From: an uncultured Verrucomicrobiae bacterium
GTDB lineage: Bacteria > Verrucomicrobiota > Verrucomicrobiia > Chthoniobacterales > Chthoniobacteraceae
Length of the DNA: 64,000 bases
Assembly: GCA_963836755.1 (NCBI GenBank)
Contig: CAWIKF010000002.1
Span: forward strand, 96,001-160,000
Direction of reading: 5' to 3'
Under the pieces are notes generated by a model. That model ran no database searches. It had not been told where the DNA came from and saw only the letters and a list, made by a program, of their open reading frames with translations. Positions 12,915-22,434 of the stretch are shown piece after piece; within the stretch, counting starts at the first letter, position 1, and each line of letters begins with the position of its first letter. The position numbers and the translations under genes were made by a program.

Positions 12915-13028
12915 ATGTCCGCCATAGCGGACGGGGAAAAAGACCAAAGGGACAGCTCGGTCGTAGGGCGTAATTGACGGTCCGGGGGGAACCGATCAAC
13001 GGGACGGCCGAGCTGTATTCCCCGCCGC
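12915..13028 (+). ncRNA. Candidate structured small RNA (long interrupted hairpin)
   Basis: Stems 12932-38/13018-24, 12952-64/13004-16 (one U-G pair on + strand) and 12974-81/12991-99; 5' hairpin 12917-32; lies between convergent genes. Confidence 0.5.
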
Positions 13029-13031
13029 CGC

Positions 13032-13767
13032 TCAGGCGAGCGCGCGATTCTGAACGCCGACGATTTCGATCTCGCCAAACTCGCCTTCCTGCCGCGCGCG
13101 GATTTGCTTGAGCCGGATCAATTCCAAAAGCGCGAGGAACGTGACGACGATTTCCGTGCGCGATGCGATGCCGGAAAAAAGTTCGGTAAACTTCAGCGCC
13201 ACGTCCGCGGCGGTCATCTTCAGGATCAGATCGATTTTGTCGGACACCGTGAAATTTTCCTCGAAAATCTCGCGCAAATCTTCCGTTTGGCTGCGGCGCT
13301 TCAGGACGCTTTGAAACGCGTTGATCAAATCAAAAATGCTCACCTCGCCCAGCGGCCGCTCCGCCGCAAACTCCGGCTTTTCCGGCACGCGCGCAAAAAG
13401 ATTTTCTCGCGCCAGCTCGCACTGCTGCAAGTGCGCCGCGGCGTCCTTGAACTTTTTGTATTCGATCAATTGCCGCACCAGTTCCCAGCGCGGATCGTCC
13501 TCCTCGGCGGCCTCATCGGGCGGCTGGAGAGCCTTTGGCAGCAAGCTCCGGCTCTTGATGTAGATCAAATTCGCCGCCATCACCACGAAGTCGCCGGCGA
13601 CATCGAGATCGAGGATTTTGAAGAGCTCCATGTAGTCGAGATACTGGCGCGTGATCCGCTCGATCGGGATTTCGTAGATGTCGATCTCGTCTTTTTTGAT
13701 GAGATAAAGCAGCAGATCGAGCGGGCCCTTCGAAGACCTCGAGCTTGACCTTGTAATCATTCTCCAT
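13032..13767 (-). CDS. scpA: Segregation/condensation protein A, frameshifted near 13725
   Basis: MENDYKVKLEVFEGP then (other frame) LDLLLYLIKKDEIDIYEIPI...KSRSLLP...FLALLEL; one extra base in the GGGCCC run. Confidence 0.92.
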
Positions 13768-13852
13768 GGCGGTGGCGCGAGTTTAGCGGGCGGGGTTGCG
13801 ATGGCAAAGCAACTCTCGAAAAAGTCGCGCGGCCGCTGGCTCGCGCGGCGCT

Positions 13853-14566
13853 TTATTTGCGCGCGAAAAAACTCGCGAAGACGGAGTTCCGGTGCAGCAC
13901 GTCGTAATCGCGAAAGCCGAGCTCGCGGATGAGGTCGAGTTGGAAACGGAGCGATCGCGGCGAATCCTCGGCGTCGATGTAAGCGAAAACTTTTTCGCGA
14001 TATTCCGCGCCGCCGAGCGACTCGAGATATTTGCCGTAGCGCTGCCACATGAGCGCGTGCAAGGCGGGATCGTCGAACATCGCGAGATCAGCGACAAAGA
14101 GCAGCCCGCCAGGTCGCAGCCAGCGATGCAGGCGGCGAAACATTTCCCGCCAATCCGCCTCGTCGCGCAGATGGTGCAGCACCGCGCCCGCGAGAATGAC
14201 GTCAAAGTTGTCGGCGTCAAAGTCGAGCTCGCGCATGTCGCTTTGGATCGTCTCGACAGCGCCCGCGACGGTGCTCACCCGCAGTCGGGCCCGGTCCAGC
14301 ATCGGCGCGCTCAAATCTACCAGCGTGCAATCGAGCGGCGAGACGCGGCCGAGGATGCTGAGTGTGAAATTTCCCGCGCCGCAGCCGATATCGAGCAGCC
14401 GTCCGGCAGGTTGCAAATGCGTGGCCGCAGCCTGCGAGACGAGCTCGAGCACCAACGGCGCATCGATCGTGGCCTGCTGTCCGGTTTCCAGCCGCGAGAA
14501 CCGCTCTACGTCCGCGTCGAAGCGGGCGCGGATCTGCTCGATCGTCGCTTTTCGGTCAAAATTCAT
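13853..14566 (-). CDS. Class I SAM-dependent methyltransferase (CmoA-like)
   Basis: LLDIGCGAG, VDLSAPML, AVLHHL, LRPGG. Confidence 0.88.
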   Translation of the reverse strand: MNFDRKATIEQIRARFDADVERFSRLETGQQATIDAPLVLELVSQAAATHLQPAGRLLDIGCGAGNFTLSILGRVSPLDCTLVDLSAPMLDRARLRVSTVAGAVETIQSDMRELDFDADNFDVILAGAVLHHLRDEADWREMFRRLHRWLRPGGLLFVADLAMFDDPALHALMWQRYGKYLESLGGAEYREKVFAYIDAEDSPRSLRFQLDLIRELGFRDYDVLHRNSVFASFFARK

Positions 14567-14664
14567 GGTTTGGCGTCAAAGTAGCTCAGGCGGCGGTGAG
14601 TTCCAGCCCGTGTAGGCAAAACGGACGGTCACGCTGGCAGGGGCTGGCGACGGGAAAATGGCCC

Positions 14665-14980
14665 TTCAGAGAAATTCCGCACTTTTTCAGAGAGATTCTG
14701 CATTGTTTCGGAGAGTCTCCGTGTCGTTCCAGAACGATTCTGCGTGCATGCAGAATGGTTTCGCACGCTTGCAGAATGGTTCCGCACGCCTGCAGAATGG
14801 TTCCGCGCGCCTGCAGAATGGTTCCGCGCGCCTGCGGAATGGTTCCGCGCGCCTGCAGAATGGTTCCGCGCGCCTGCAGAATGGTTCCGCGCGCCTGCGG
14901 AATGGTTCCGCACGCCTGCAGAATGGTTCCGCACGCTTGCAGAATGGTTCTGCGTCGCGGCAGAAGCGGTCTGCCGACCT
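14665..14980. repeat. 21-bp tandem repeat array 1 (about 15 units) with palindromic core GCAGAA-TGG-TTC(C/T)GC
   Basis: Ten near-identical units at 14750+21n (GCAGAATGGTTCCGCGCGCCT), with degenerate in-phase units at 14665-14749 and 14960. Confidence 0.95.
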
Positions 14981-15013
14981 CCAGTTGTTTGCGAGGCGCT
15001 AAAAGGGCGCGCC

Positions 15014-15844
15014 TCAGCGCTTCGCAGTCCTTTGCGCGATTTTCTCGCGTCCTTTCTCGAGAATCTTCCGTTCCGCGCGGGTGAGGGAGTGAATGCCTTC
15101 GCGTGAGATTTTGTCGAGGATCGGGTCGATTTCCTGGTTGATGAACTGCGAGGGGGTCATGCGCGCCTGCCGGTCAGCGCGCTGGCGTTTTTCGAAGAGA
15201 TATTTCTGGAAGCGCATCGGGTTGCCGAAGCCGAGCTGCTTGATGTAAAGGAAGCCGAGCAGGCAGCCGCCGAGGTGGGCGAGGTGGCCGATGCCGGGCG
15301 CGAGCCGGCTGACGAGGAGGACGATGGTGGAGGCGACGAGGAGGAGCGCGAGGTATTTCGCCTTTAAGCGGAGCGGAATGACGAAGAAGAGAAGGGTGGT
15401 GATCTCGATCTCGGGCAGCAGGGTTGTGAAGGCGATCAGGACGGCGCAGACGCCGGCGGATGCGCCCATGAGCGGGCCGCTGGGCATGAGCACGGTTTGC
15501 GCGAGGCCGCCAAGGATGCCGCCGCCAAAGTAGATGCCGAGGAGGTGTCGGGGGCCGATGATGGTTTCGACTTCGCGGCCGGCAAAGTAGAGGGTGAGCA
15601 TGTTGACGAGCAGGTGGACGGGGCCGCCGTGCAGGAACATGTAGGTGATGAATTGCCACGCGTAGCCCTGGCGCATGCCGTAGCTGCTGAGCGCGAACCA
15701 TTCGTTGATGAAGTAGGGCCGGAATACGTTGGTGAGTTCCTGCGCGAGAAAAAAGGCGACGTTGGCGATGATGAGCCAGGAGACGACCGAGCGCCGGCCG
15801 GTAGTCCAGCGCATGGTGAAGGGTCTCAGATGCGAAGGTCGCAT
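15014..15844 (-). CDS. Rhomboid family intramembrane serine protease with C-terminal helical extension
   Basis: WQFITYMFLHG, HLLVNM, GASAG, HLAHLGG; C-term IDPILDKISREGIHSLT..E...L. Start uncertain. Confidence 0.92.
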   Translation of the reverse strand: MRPSHLRPFTMRWTTGRRSVVSWLIIANVAFFLAQELTNVFRPYFINEWFALSSYGMRQGYAWQFITYMFLHGGPVHLLVNMLTLYFAGREVETIIGPRHLLGIYFGGGILGGLAQTVLMPSGPLMGASAGVCAVLIAFTTLLPEIEITTLLFFVIPLRLKAKYLALLLVASTIVLLVSRLAPGIGHLAHLGGCLLGFLYIKQLGFGNPMRFQKYLFEKRQRADRQARMTPSQFINQEIDPILDKISREGIHSLTRAERKILEKGREKIAQRTAKR

Positions 15845-16015
15845 AGGGGGAATTATTCCACGCGCAAGCGCGATGTCGAATGGCATTTCGCCGCGTGCCG
15901 CAGTTTTCAGCACGGGTGGGTTGCAGCTTTGTGCGGGCGGGGAAAAACTTGGACAACTGCGATTTTCCTGCAAGGTTAGCCGTCCATTTCGCCAAGAAAA
16001 ACCAACTAACCAATC

Positions 16016-16360
16016 ATGCCAAACTTACTCGCGCTTTTCTCGCTCGCCGATACCGCCGCCGCGCCGGCCGCCAATTCGCCGTTCGGGATGTTCATCCCAT
16101 TCATCTGCATCGGCGTGATCTTTTATTTCCTGATCATCCGGCCGCAATCGCAAAAGACGAAGCAGATGCAGACGCTGATCAGTTCGCTGAAGACCGGCGA
16201 CAAAGTGATCACGGGCGGCGGCATCCATGGGCTGATCTCGAATGTGAAAGATTCCACGGTGATCGTGAAAATCGCGGACAACGTGAAGATCGAGGTGGAT
16301 AAATCGGCGATCAGCACGGTGACGAAGCCGTCCGCTTCCGAGCCAGTGGTCGTTTCGTAA
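16016..16360 (+). CDS. yajC: Preprotein translocase subunit YajC
   Basis: FYFLIIRPQ, LKTGDKVITGGGIHG. Confidence 0.95.
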   Translation: MPNLLALFSLADTAAAPAANSPFGMFIPFICIGVIFYFLIIRPQSQKTKQMQTLISSLKTGDKVITGGGIHGLISNVKDSTVIVKIADNVKIEVDKSAISTVTKPSASEPVVVS

Positions 16361-16378
16361 GTTTCACATCCCTTTTCC

Positions 16379-18691
16379 ATGAGCCCTGCCTGGACGTTCG
16401 CCGCCGGTTTGCTTTTGCTGATTCTTTTCGGCTGGTATTTCGCGACCGATCTCGGCCGCCGCAAGCGCATCCTCGGCACGGTGCTGACGATTTTCCTCGT
16501 CGCCTTCTGCCTCACTTCGGTGATGCCGCCGCGCGAGAAAATTCATCTCGGCCTCGACCTGCAGGGCGGCACGTCGTTCCTGCTGCAGCTCGTGCGCGAA
16601 AACGGCCAGCCTATTAATAAAGAGATGGTCGGGCAGGCCGTGGAGGTCATCCGCAAGCGCGTGGATCAATTCGGCGTCAGCGAGCCGGTGATCACACCCG
16701 AAGGCGAGGATCGCATCCTCGTGCAAATCCCGGGGCTCGATGCGGCGAAGACGGCGGAGGCGCGGACGACTTTGCAAAAGGTGGCGAAGCTCGAGCTGAA
16801 GCTGGTGAATCCGCAAAGCGAGGAGTTGATCCCGCAGATCGAGGCGGGGGCGAAATTCGAGCCGAACTACGAAATCAAAAGGTTCAAGGAGGACAAGAAC
16901 GGGCAGCCGGTCGTGGAAAAGTTGCTCGTGTCGAAGCGGCCTGCCGTGACCGGCGATCACGTCGCCGAGGCGCACGCTTATTATGACAACCGCGGCTACG
17001 GCATCTCCTTCACGCTCGACTCCGTCGGCGCCGAGGCGTTCGGCAAAGTGACCGCTGCGCACACGGGCGAGCGGTTGGCGGTCGTGCTCGACGGCGAAGT
17101 GCAAGGCGCGCCGAATATCCAGTCGCCGATCTACGGCGGCAACGCAGTCATCACCGGGCATTTCAGCGAACAGGAAGCGCGCAATCTCGCGAGCGTTTTG
17201 CAGAACCCGCTGCAAACGCCGGTGAAAATTCAGGAGGAGCGCAGCGCCTCTTCCACGCTCGGCTCGGACTCGATCAGGAGCGGCATTTACGCCGGCATCG
17301 GCGGGCTGGTGCTCGTGCTGCTCTTCGTCGCCGTTTATTACCAGTTCGCCGGCATCGTCGCGATTTTCGGATTGCTCGTGAATATCGTTTTGCTTTTCGG
17401 CGCGATGTCGATGTTTAACTTTGTGCTCACGCTGCCGGGCATCGCCGGCATCATTCTTACCATCGGCCTCGCCGTCGATGCGAACGTGCTGATCTACGAG
17501 CGACTGCGCGAGGAAATGGCCTCCGGCAAAAGCTTAGCCGCCGCCATCGACGCCGCTTACGACAAGGCTTTCAGCGTCATCTTTGACGCCAACGCCACGA
17601 CGCTCATCACCGCCGCTATCTTGTTCTGGATTGCGACCGGTCCCGTCAAAGGTTTCGCCGTCACGCTCGTCGTCGGCATCATCGCATCCGTATTTTCCGC
17701 GATGATCGTCACGCGCACGGTCTTCGCCTGGTTCATGGCGCAAGGCTGGATCAAGCGCATCTCGATGCTGCATTTGATCTCGGGCAAAAACTTTGACTTC
17801 CTCGGCAAACGTTTCCTCTGGGTTGGCATTTCGCTGACCGTGATCGTGATCTCGATCTCGAGTTTCGTCATGCGCGGCGAGCGCAATTTCGGTGTCGATT
17901 TCAAAGGTGGCGACCTGCTGATGCTCAGCTCAAAGAATCCCGTCAGCGAATCGGAAGTGCGCGCGAAAGTCGGTGAACTCAAGCTCGGCGAGACGGTCAT
18001 CCAAAAGCTGCATTCCGTGGACAAGGATTTCATCAGCGTGCGTAGCCCCACCGGGACGAGCGGCAAAATCGAGCAGCATCTCGAGCAAACAATGCCGCAG
18101 GCTGGGTTCACCGAGCAGCAGCGCGACACCGTCGGCAGCCTCGTCGGCGCCGAGCTGGCGCGCTCATCGCTGTATGCGCTGGGACTGGCGATCGTCGGGA
18201 TTTTGTTTTACGTGACGCTTCGCTTCGAATTTTCCTTCGCGCTCGGCGCCATCGTCGCGCTGATGCACGATGTCATCATCACGGTCGGCGTCTTTGCGAT
18301 TTTCGGCCGCGAGCTCTCGCTCATCATGGTCGGTGCGATTCTCACAATCGCCGGCTACTCCATCAACGATACGATCGTCGTCTACGACCGCATTCGTGAG
18401 GGCTTGCGAAGTGGACGGAAAGGTTCCATCCAACAAATCATGAATGCATCGATCAACGAAACGCTCTCCCGCACTTTGTTAACGAGCGGCTGCACTTTGT
18501 TGTCAGTCGCATCGCTTTTCTTTTTCGGCGGTCCGGTGCTGCATGACTTCGCGTTCGCGATTTTGATCGGCGTCGTCGTTGGCACCTACTCGTCCATTTT
18601 CATCGCCGCTCCGATCGTGCTATGGTGGAGCGGTAATAAAGGAGAAAAACTATCGGCGGAAGTGAAACGCGCACCCGCCGTGATTGCCTAA
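16379..18691 (+). CDS. secDF: Fused protein translocase subunit SecDF
   Basis: LGLDLQGG, AVDANVLIYERLREE, GVDFKGG, GYSINDTIVVYDRIRE. Confidence 0.97.
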   Translation: MSPAWTFAAGLLLLILFGWYFATDLGRRKRILGTVLTIFLVAFCLTSVMPPREKIHLGLDLQGGTSFLLQLVRENGQPINKEMVGQAVEVIRKRVDQFGVSEPVITPEGEDRILVQIPGLDAAKTAEARTTLQKVAKLELKLVNPQSEELIPQIEAGAKFEPNYEIKRFKEDKNGQPVVEKLLVSKRPAVTGDHVAEAHAYYDNRGYGISFTLDSVGAEAFGKVTAAHTGERLAVVLDGEVQGAPNIQSPIYGGNAVITGHFSEQEARNLASVLQNPLQTPVKIQEERSASSTLGSDSIRSGIYAGIGGLVLVLLFVAVYYQFAGIVAIFGLLVNIVLLFGAMSMFNFVLTLPGIAGIILTIGLAVDANVLIYERLREEMASGKSLAAAIDAAYDKAFSVIFDANATTLITAAILFWIATGPVKGFAVTLVVGIIASVFSAMIVTRTVFAWFMAQGWIKRISMLHLISGKNFDFLGKRFLWVGISLTVIVISISSFVMRGERNFGVDFKGGDLLMLSSKNPVSESEVRAKVGELKLGETVIQKLHSVDKDFISVRSPTGTSGKIEQHLEQTMPQAGFTEQQRDTVGSLVGAELARSSLYALGLAIVGILFYVTLRFEFSFALGAIVALMHDVIITVGVFAIFGRELSLIMVGAILTIAGYSINDTIVVYDRIREGLRSGRKGSIQQIMNASINETLSRTLLTSGCTLLSVASLFFFGGPVLHDFAFAILIGVVVGTYSSIFIAAPIVLWWSGNKGEKLSAEVKRAPAVIA

Positions 18692-18717
18692 AAAGCGCGA
18701 AAAAAAGGGGGGAAATC

Positions 18718-19464
18718 ATGAACAGGGACCACTCGCTAGCCGATCATCTTTGGCAAGGCCTTACGCCGGAGGCGCAATCGCGGCTCAGCCAGCGCGATTA
18801 CAGCGCTCCATCACTCGCCGAACAGCTCGCATCCACCGGCGTCGAAGCTGGTGAACTCATCCACGCTGACCGCTCGAAGTCGCCGTGGATTCCGGGCGTC
18901 GAGATTTTTGCGCGTAAAGTTTACCCACAACGTCATCGCGGTTTTTTCGGGGAGTTCGCGCGGCTCGATGAAGGCCCACTCGCGAAGATCGGGCTCCGGC
19001 CGCGGCAATGGGCAACGGCGACCATGTTTGCCAACACGGCGAAAGGCTTTCACATCCATCCGCCCAGCATCCCGGATGGCGAGGAACCGGAAAAATGGTT
19101 TCAACGCTTGTATATTGATGAGTTAACGAATTGCAAGTTGCGGCCTTACGACCGCGAGCAATGGGATGCGATGTTTTTCGTGCAAGGCACCGCCGAGATG
19201 ATCCTCGTGGACGAGCGCGCTGGACTGGAGCGGCGCGTCATGCGTTTCATCGCGGAAGGCGACGACCGCCGCGGGCCGAACAATGTCGGCGTCATTATTC
19301 CCGCCGGCGTCGCGCACGCATTGCGCGTGGAAGGCTCGCGCGATTTAATCATGGTTTACGGCACGAGCACCGTGTTTGACGCCGCCTTTGAAGGCCGCAT
19401 CGCGAGCAGCGTGGAATGTGCGCCACTGCCGCCGGAATGGGAGCGTCACCTCCGCGCGGATTAG
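18718..19464 (+). CDS. RmlC-like cupin (dTDP-4-dehydrorhamnose 3,5-epimerase family), divergent
   Basis: IPGVEI, RGFFGEF, KGFHIH, LVDER, IIPAGVAHAL. Confidence 0.75.
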   Translation: MNRDHSLADHLWQGLTPEAQSRLSQRDYSAPSLAEQLASTGVEAGELIHADRSKSPWIPGVEIFARKVYPQRHRGFFGEFARLDEGPLAKIGLRPRQWATATMFANTAKGFHIHPPSIPDGEEPEKWFQRLYIDELTNCKLRPYDREQWDAMFFVQGTAEMILVDERAGLERRVMRFIAEGDDRRGPNNVGVIIPAGVAHALRVEGSRDLIMVYGTSTVFDAAFEGRIASSVECAPLPPEWERHLRAD

Positions 19465-20337
19465 TCAGTTGCCTTCGTCCAGCACGGCCTGGAGATAAGT
19501 GCGGTATTCGTTTCTCGGCAGCGCCGCGATCCGTCTCGAAAGCCCATCCCCGTCGATGAAATGCTGCGCGAACGCGATCTCCTCGAGGCATGCGACCTTC
19601 AATCCCTGCCGATGCTCGAGCGTCGCAAAATAGTTGCTCGCTTCCAAAAGACTGTCGTGCGTGCCGGTGTCGAGCCACGCCATTCCGCGACCGAGCATTC
19701 GCACCTGCAAATCTCCGCGGCGCAGATATTCGAGGTTCACATCCGTGATCTCCAGCTCGCCGCGCGGGGAGGGCTGAAGGTTGCGGCAAATTTCCACCAC
19801 GGTGTTGTCGTAAACGTAAAGTCCGGGCACCGCGAACGAGCTTTTCGGATGGGCCGGTTTCTCCTCAAGGCTGACGGCGCGGCCTTCCGCGTCAAATTCC
19901 ACCACGCCGTATCGCTCCGGGTCGCGCACTTTGTAGCCGAAAATGCACGCGCCTTTTTCAAGCGCGAGCGCCTCGCGGAAAAAGTCGAGGTTCCCGTAAA
20001 AAATATTGTCGCCGAGGATCAGCGTCACGCCGCTCTCGCCGATGAAATCCGCGCCGATCAAAAACGCCTGCGCGATGCCCGCCGGCTTCGGCTGCTCCGC
20101 GTATTCAATGCGCATGCCGAGCTGCCGGCCGTCGCCGAAAAGTTCGCGAAAAACCGGCAGATCCTTTGGCGTCGAGATGATCATCACCTCGCGAATGCCG
20201 CCGAGCATCAGCGTCGCCATCGGGTAATAAATCATCGGCTTGTCGTAAATCGGCAGCAGTTGTTTACACACGATTTGCGTGAGCGGATAAAGCCGTGTGC
20301 CCGCGCCGCCAGCGAGAATGATCGCCCTCGTGCTCAT
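19465..20337 (-). CDS. rfbA: Glucose-1-phosphate thymidylyltransferase
   Basis: [34 protein letters not shown]. Confidence 0.97.
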   Translation of the reverse strand: MSTRAIILAGGAGTRLYPLTQIVCKQLLPIYDKPMIYYPMATLMLGGIREVMIISTPKDLPVFRELFGDGRQLGMRIEYAEQPKPAGIAQAFLIGADFIGESGVTLILGDNIFYGNLDFFREALALEKGACIFGYKVRDPERYGVVEFDAEGRAVSLEEKPAHPKSSFAVPGLYVYDNTVVEICRNLQPSPRGELEITDVNLEYLRRGDLQVRMLGRGMAWLDTGTHDSLLEASNYFATLEHRQGLKVACLEEIAFAQHFIDGDGLSRRIAALPRNEYRTYLQAVLDEGN

Positions 20338-20430
20338 GGGCGATTTCCGCTGCGCGTTGGACTTGGACGCGGTGGTGCGGTTAAATTTCCGACGAAGGCG
20401 CTGCGCGTTTTATCCATGCGCCGCATTATT

Positions 20431-20895
20431 ATGAACGAAACTCCCGCTATCCAGACCGAAGTGCAGGTGATGTTTTTCGACACCGACTGTGCCGCGGTGG
20501 TGCACAACATCGCCTACCTTCGCTTCATCGAAATCGCGCGCACACTCCTCGCGGAGCAGCTTGGCATGGGGCTTCGCGAGATGGCGGCCAGCCAGCAATA
20601 TCCGGTCGTCGTCCGCACGGAGATTGACTACAAGCGGCCCGCGCAGCTCGGCGACCGGCTCGTCATCGATGGCCGGCTCGAAAATGTGGAGCGCATGCGT
20701 TTCTGGTGCGCATTCGATGTGCGGCGGCCCGCGGACGACACACTTATCGCGAAATCGCGCCAGATGCTCGCGCTGATCCAGATGCCGCAGGGGCGTCCGC
20801 TGCGGCTGCCGGCGGATTGGGCGACGCGCTTTGCGCATCTGCGCCCGCTGCCGATCGGCGGGAGCCGCCAAACGCCGAATCCAGCAGTTGCTTAA
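20431..20895 (+). CDS. YbgC-like acyl-CoA thioesterase (4HBT)
   Basis: VMFFDTDCAAVVHNIAYLRFIEIART, IDYKRPAQLGDRL. Confidence 0.88.
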   Translation: MNETPAIQTEVQVMFFDTDCAAVVHNIAYLRFIEIARTLLAEQLGMGLREMAASQQYPVVVRTEIDYKRPAQLGDRLVIDGRLENVERMRFWCAFDVRRPADDTLIAKSRQMLALIQMPQGRPLRLPADWATRFAHLRPLPIGGSRQTPNPAVA

Positions 20896-21613
20896 AAACC
20901 TGCGGACGCAGCTTCATCACGTCATTTTCGCCGGCAGGCGGCAGCCATGTTTCCGGCGGCAGCGTCGGCGCGAAAAGCACTTTTTCAAAAGCAAAAACAC
21001 CATGCCAGTGCGGCTGCGTGAGATCGAGTTTCGCCGGCTTGTAATCCGCGCGCACCCAGAGCCGCGCGCTCCACGCCTCGGCCTTGAGCGCATGAGCCAG
21101 CTCTGGCATCAGCCGCACATCGAGCACGCGGCAGTTTTCGCCACCGATCATTTGCTCGCCCGCATCCTCCACATGAAAAAGCACCGGTAAAAAAACGAGC
21201 TGCTGCTCGGGAATCGGCAGCGCCCAATCGGTCAGCCGATATTTTTTCGGCGGCTCAGGCAAGTCCGCCTGCGCGATCAGCGCCTCGATTTTTGCGCCCG
21301 GCATCGCCCACAGATTCTGCCCCTCGCGGCCGATGGTGACTGCTTCTCCGAGCAACGGCGCGCGCAGCCGCAGCTTGTCGGGATATTCCAAATCGACGCT
21401 CGCACTGGTGCCGACGAGAGCCGGCGAAAGCTTCGTTGCTTCGATCACGCGGAGCTGCATCGAAAGCGCGCGATTCGGATCGTGGGAATTTTTTGCTACC
21501 AAATTCACGAAAGGCGCCAGCGTTTTTCCCAACACATCGTAAGGATTTTCCAGGGCTCGCGCGAGCGGCGTGCTGAAGACAAAAGTCGCGAATACGCGAA
21601 GGTAGAAATTCAT
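20744..21613 (-). CDS. Exported hypothetical protein (possible LolA-like beta fold)
   Basis: Signal-like N-terminus, PDKLRL, RLWVRADYKPAKL; 3' end overlaps the convergent thioesterase. Confidence 0.65.
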   Translation of the reverse strand: MNFYLRVFATFVFSTPLARALENPYDVLGKTLAPFVNLVAKNSHDPNRALSMQLRVIEATKLSPALVGTSASVDLEYPDKLRLRAPLLGEAVTIGREGQNLWAMPGAKIEALIAQADLPEPPKKYRLTDWALPIPEQQLVFLPVLFHVEDAGEQMIGGENCRVLDVRLMPELAHALKAEAWSARLWVRADYKPAKLDLTQPHWHGVFAFEKVLFAPTLPPETWLPPAGENDVMKLRPQVFKQLLDSAFGGSRRSAAGADAQSASPNPPAAAADAPAASGSARASGAISR

Positions 21614-21663
21614 AGTGCAAAGTTGCGTTTGCCGTCCGCGGCACTATTAACTTACGCATCTGC

Positions 21664-22434
21664 ATGGAATTTTTCCCAACGCAATTTCTCGCGGAGGGCG
21701 GCGGCCTCATCTTCGCACTCCAGCATTCCACGGTGCCCGGAAAGCTTGTCCTTCTCACGCTTTTCACCGGCTCGATTTTTTCCTGGTCGGTCATGCTGAC
21801 GAAGCTGCGCGTGATTCATTTTGCAAAAAAACAGGCGCGGATTTTTCTGGAACGTTTCCGCGCGGACCGGCAGCCGCTGCGGCTTTACGAGCACCAGGCG
21901 CATTTTGAGGGGACGCCGATTTATCACGTGTATCGCGAGGGCTGCCGAGAGCTGACATTTCATTTGCTCGGCTCGCCGGAGGTGGATGAAACTTTCCGCG
22001 CGCGGCTCGACAGCGCGGTGCGCATCTTGCCCGCGCAAATGCGCGGCGTGCAATCTGCGATGGAACGCGCTGTCGGCGAAAGCTCGCTGCGCCTGGAATC
22101 GCGGATGATTCTGCTCGCGACGGCCGTGAGCGGCGCGCCATTTCTCGGGCTGCTCGGCACCGTTTGGGGCGTGATGGACACGTTCAGCGGAGTCGCCGCT
22201 GCGGGCTCCGCCAATCTCGCGGCGATGGCGCCGGGCGTCTCCGCAGCTCTTATAACAACTGTAACCGGACTGCTGGTCGCGATTCCCGCAATGTTTGGCT
22301 ACAATTTTCTCGTGACGAGCATCCGCGGGATGATCCTGGAGATGGATAATTTCGCGGCCGAGCTCAGCAGTGAATTTGAGCATCGCTACGTCGATCACGG
22401 CGGCCCGGGCGAAAAGCAGCGGAGGCTGGTTTGA
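21664..22434 (+). CDS. tolQ: TolQ/ExbB proton channel
   Basis: APFLGLLGTVWGVM, APGVSAALITTVTGLLVAIPA. Confidence 0.93.
   Translation: MEFFPTQFLAEGGGLIFALQHSTVPGKLVLLTLFTGSIFSWSVMLTKLRVIHFAKKQARIFLERFRADRQPLRLYEHQAHFEGTPIYHVYREGCRELTFHLLGSPEVDETFRARLDSAVRILPAQMRGVQSAMERAVGESSLRLESRMILLATAVSGAPFLGLLGTVWGVMDTFSGVAAAGSANLAAMAPGVSAALITTVTGLLVAIPAMFGYNFLVTSIRGMILEMDNFAAELSSEFEHRYVDHGGPGEKQRRLV

Noticed and set aside
12915..13028. Canonical SRP 4.5S RNA or 6S RNA
   Set aside because: Lacks the GNRA tetraloop and conserved CAGG/AGCA loop, and is too short for 6S. Kept only as an unknown RNA candidate.
13715..13735. Programmed frameshifting in scpA
   Set aside because: No slippery heptamer; an indel error is more parsimonious.
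14665..14980. CRISPR array
   Set aside because: Linkers are only 6 bp and nearly identical, the repeat is 15 bp, and no cas genes are present. The same applies to 37293-37604.
19561..20430. Long N-terminal extension of the 444-aa + strand ORF
   Set aside because: Antisense shadow of rfbA; only the thioesterase part is credible.
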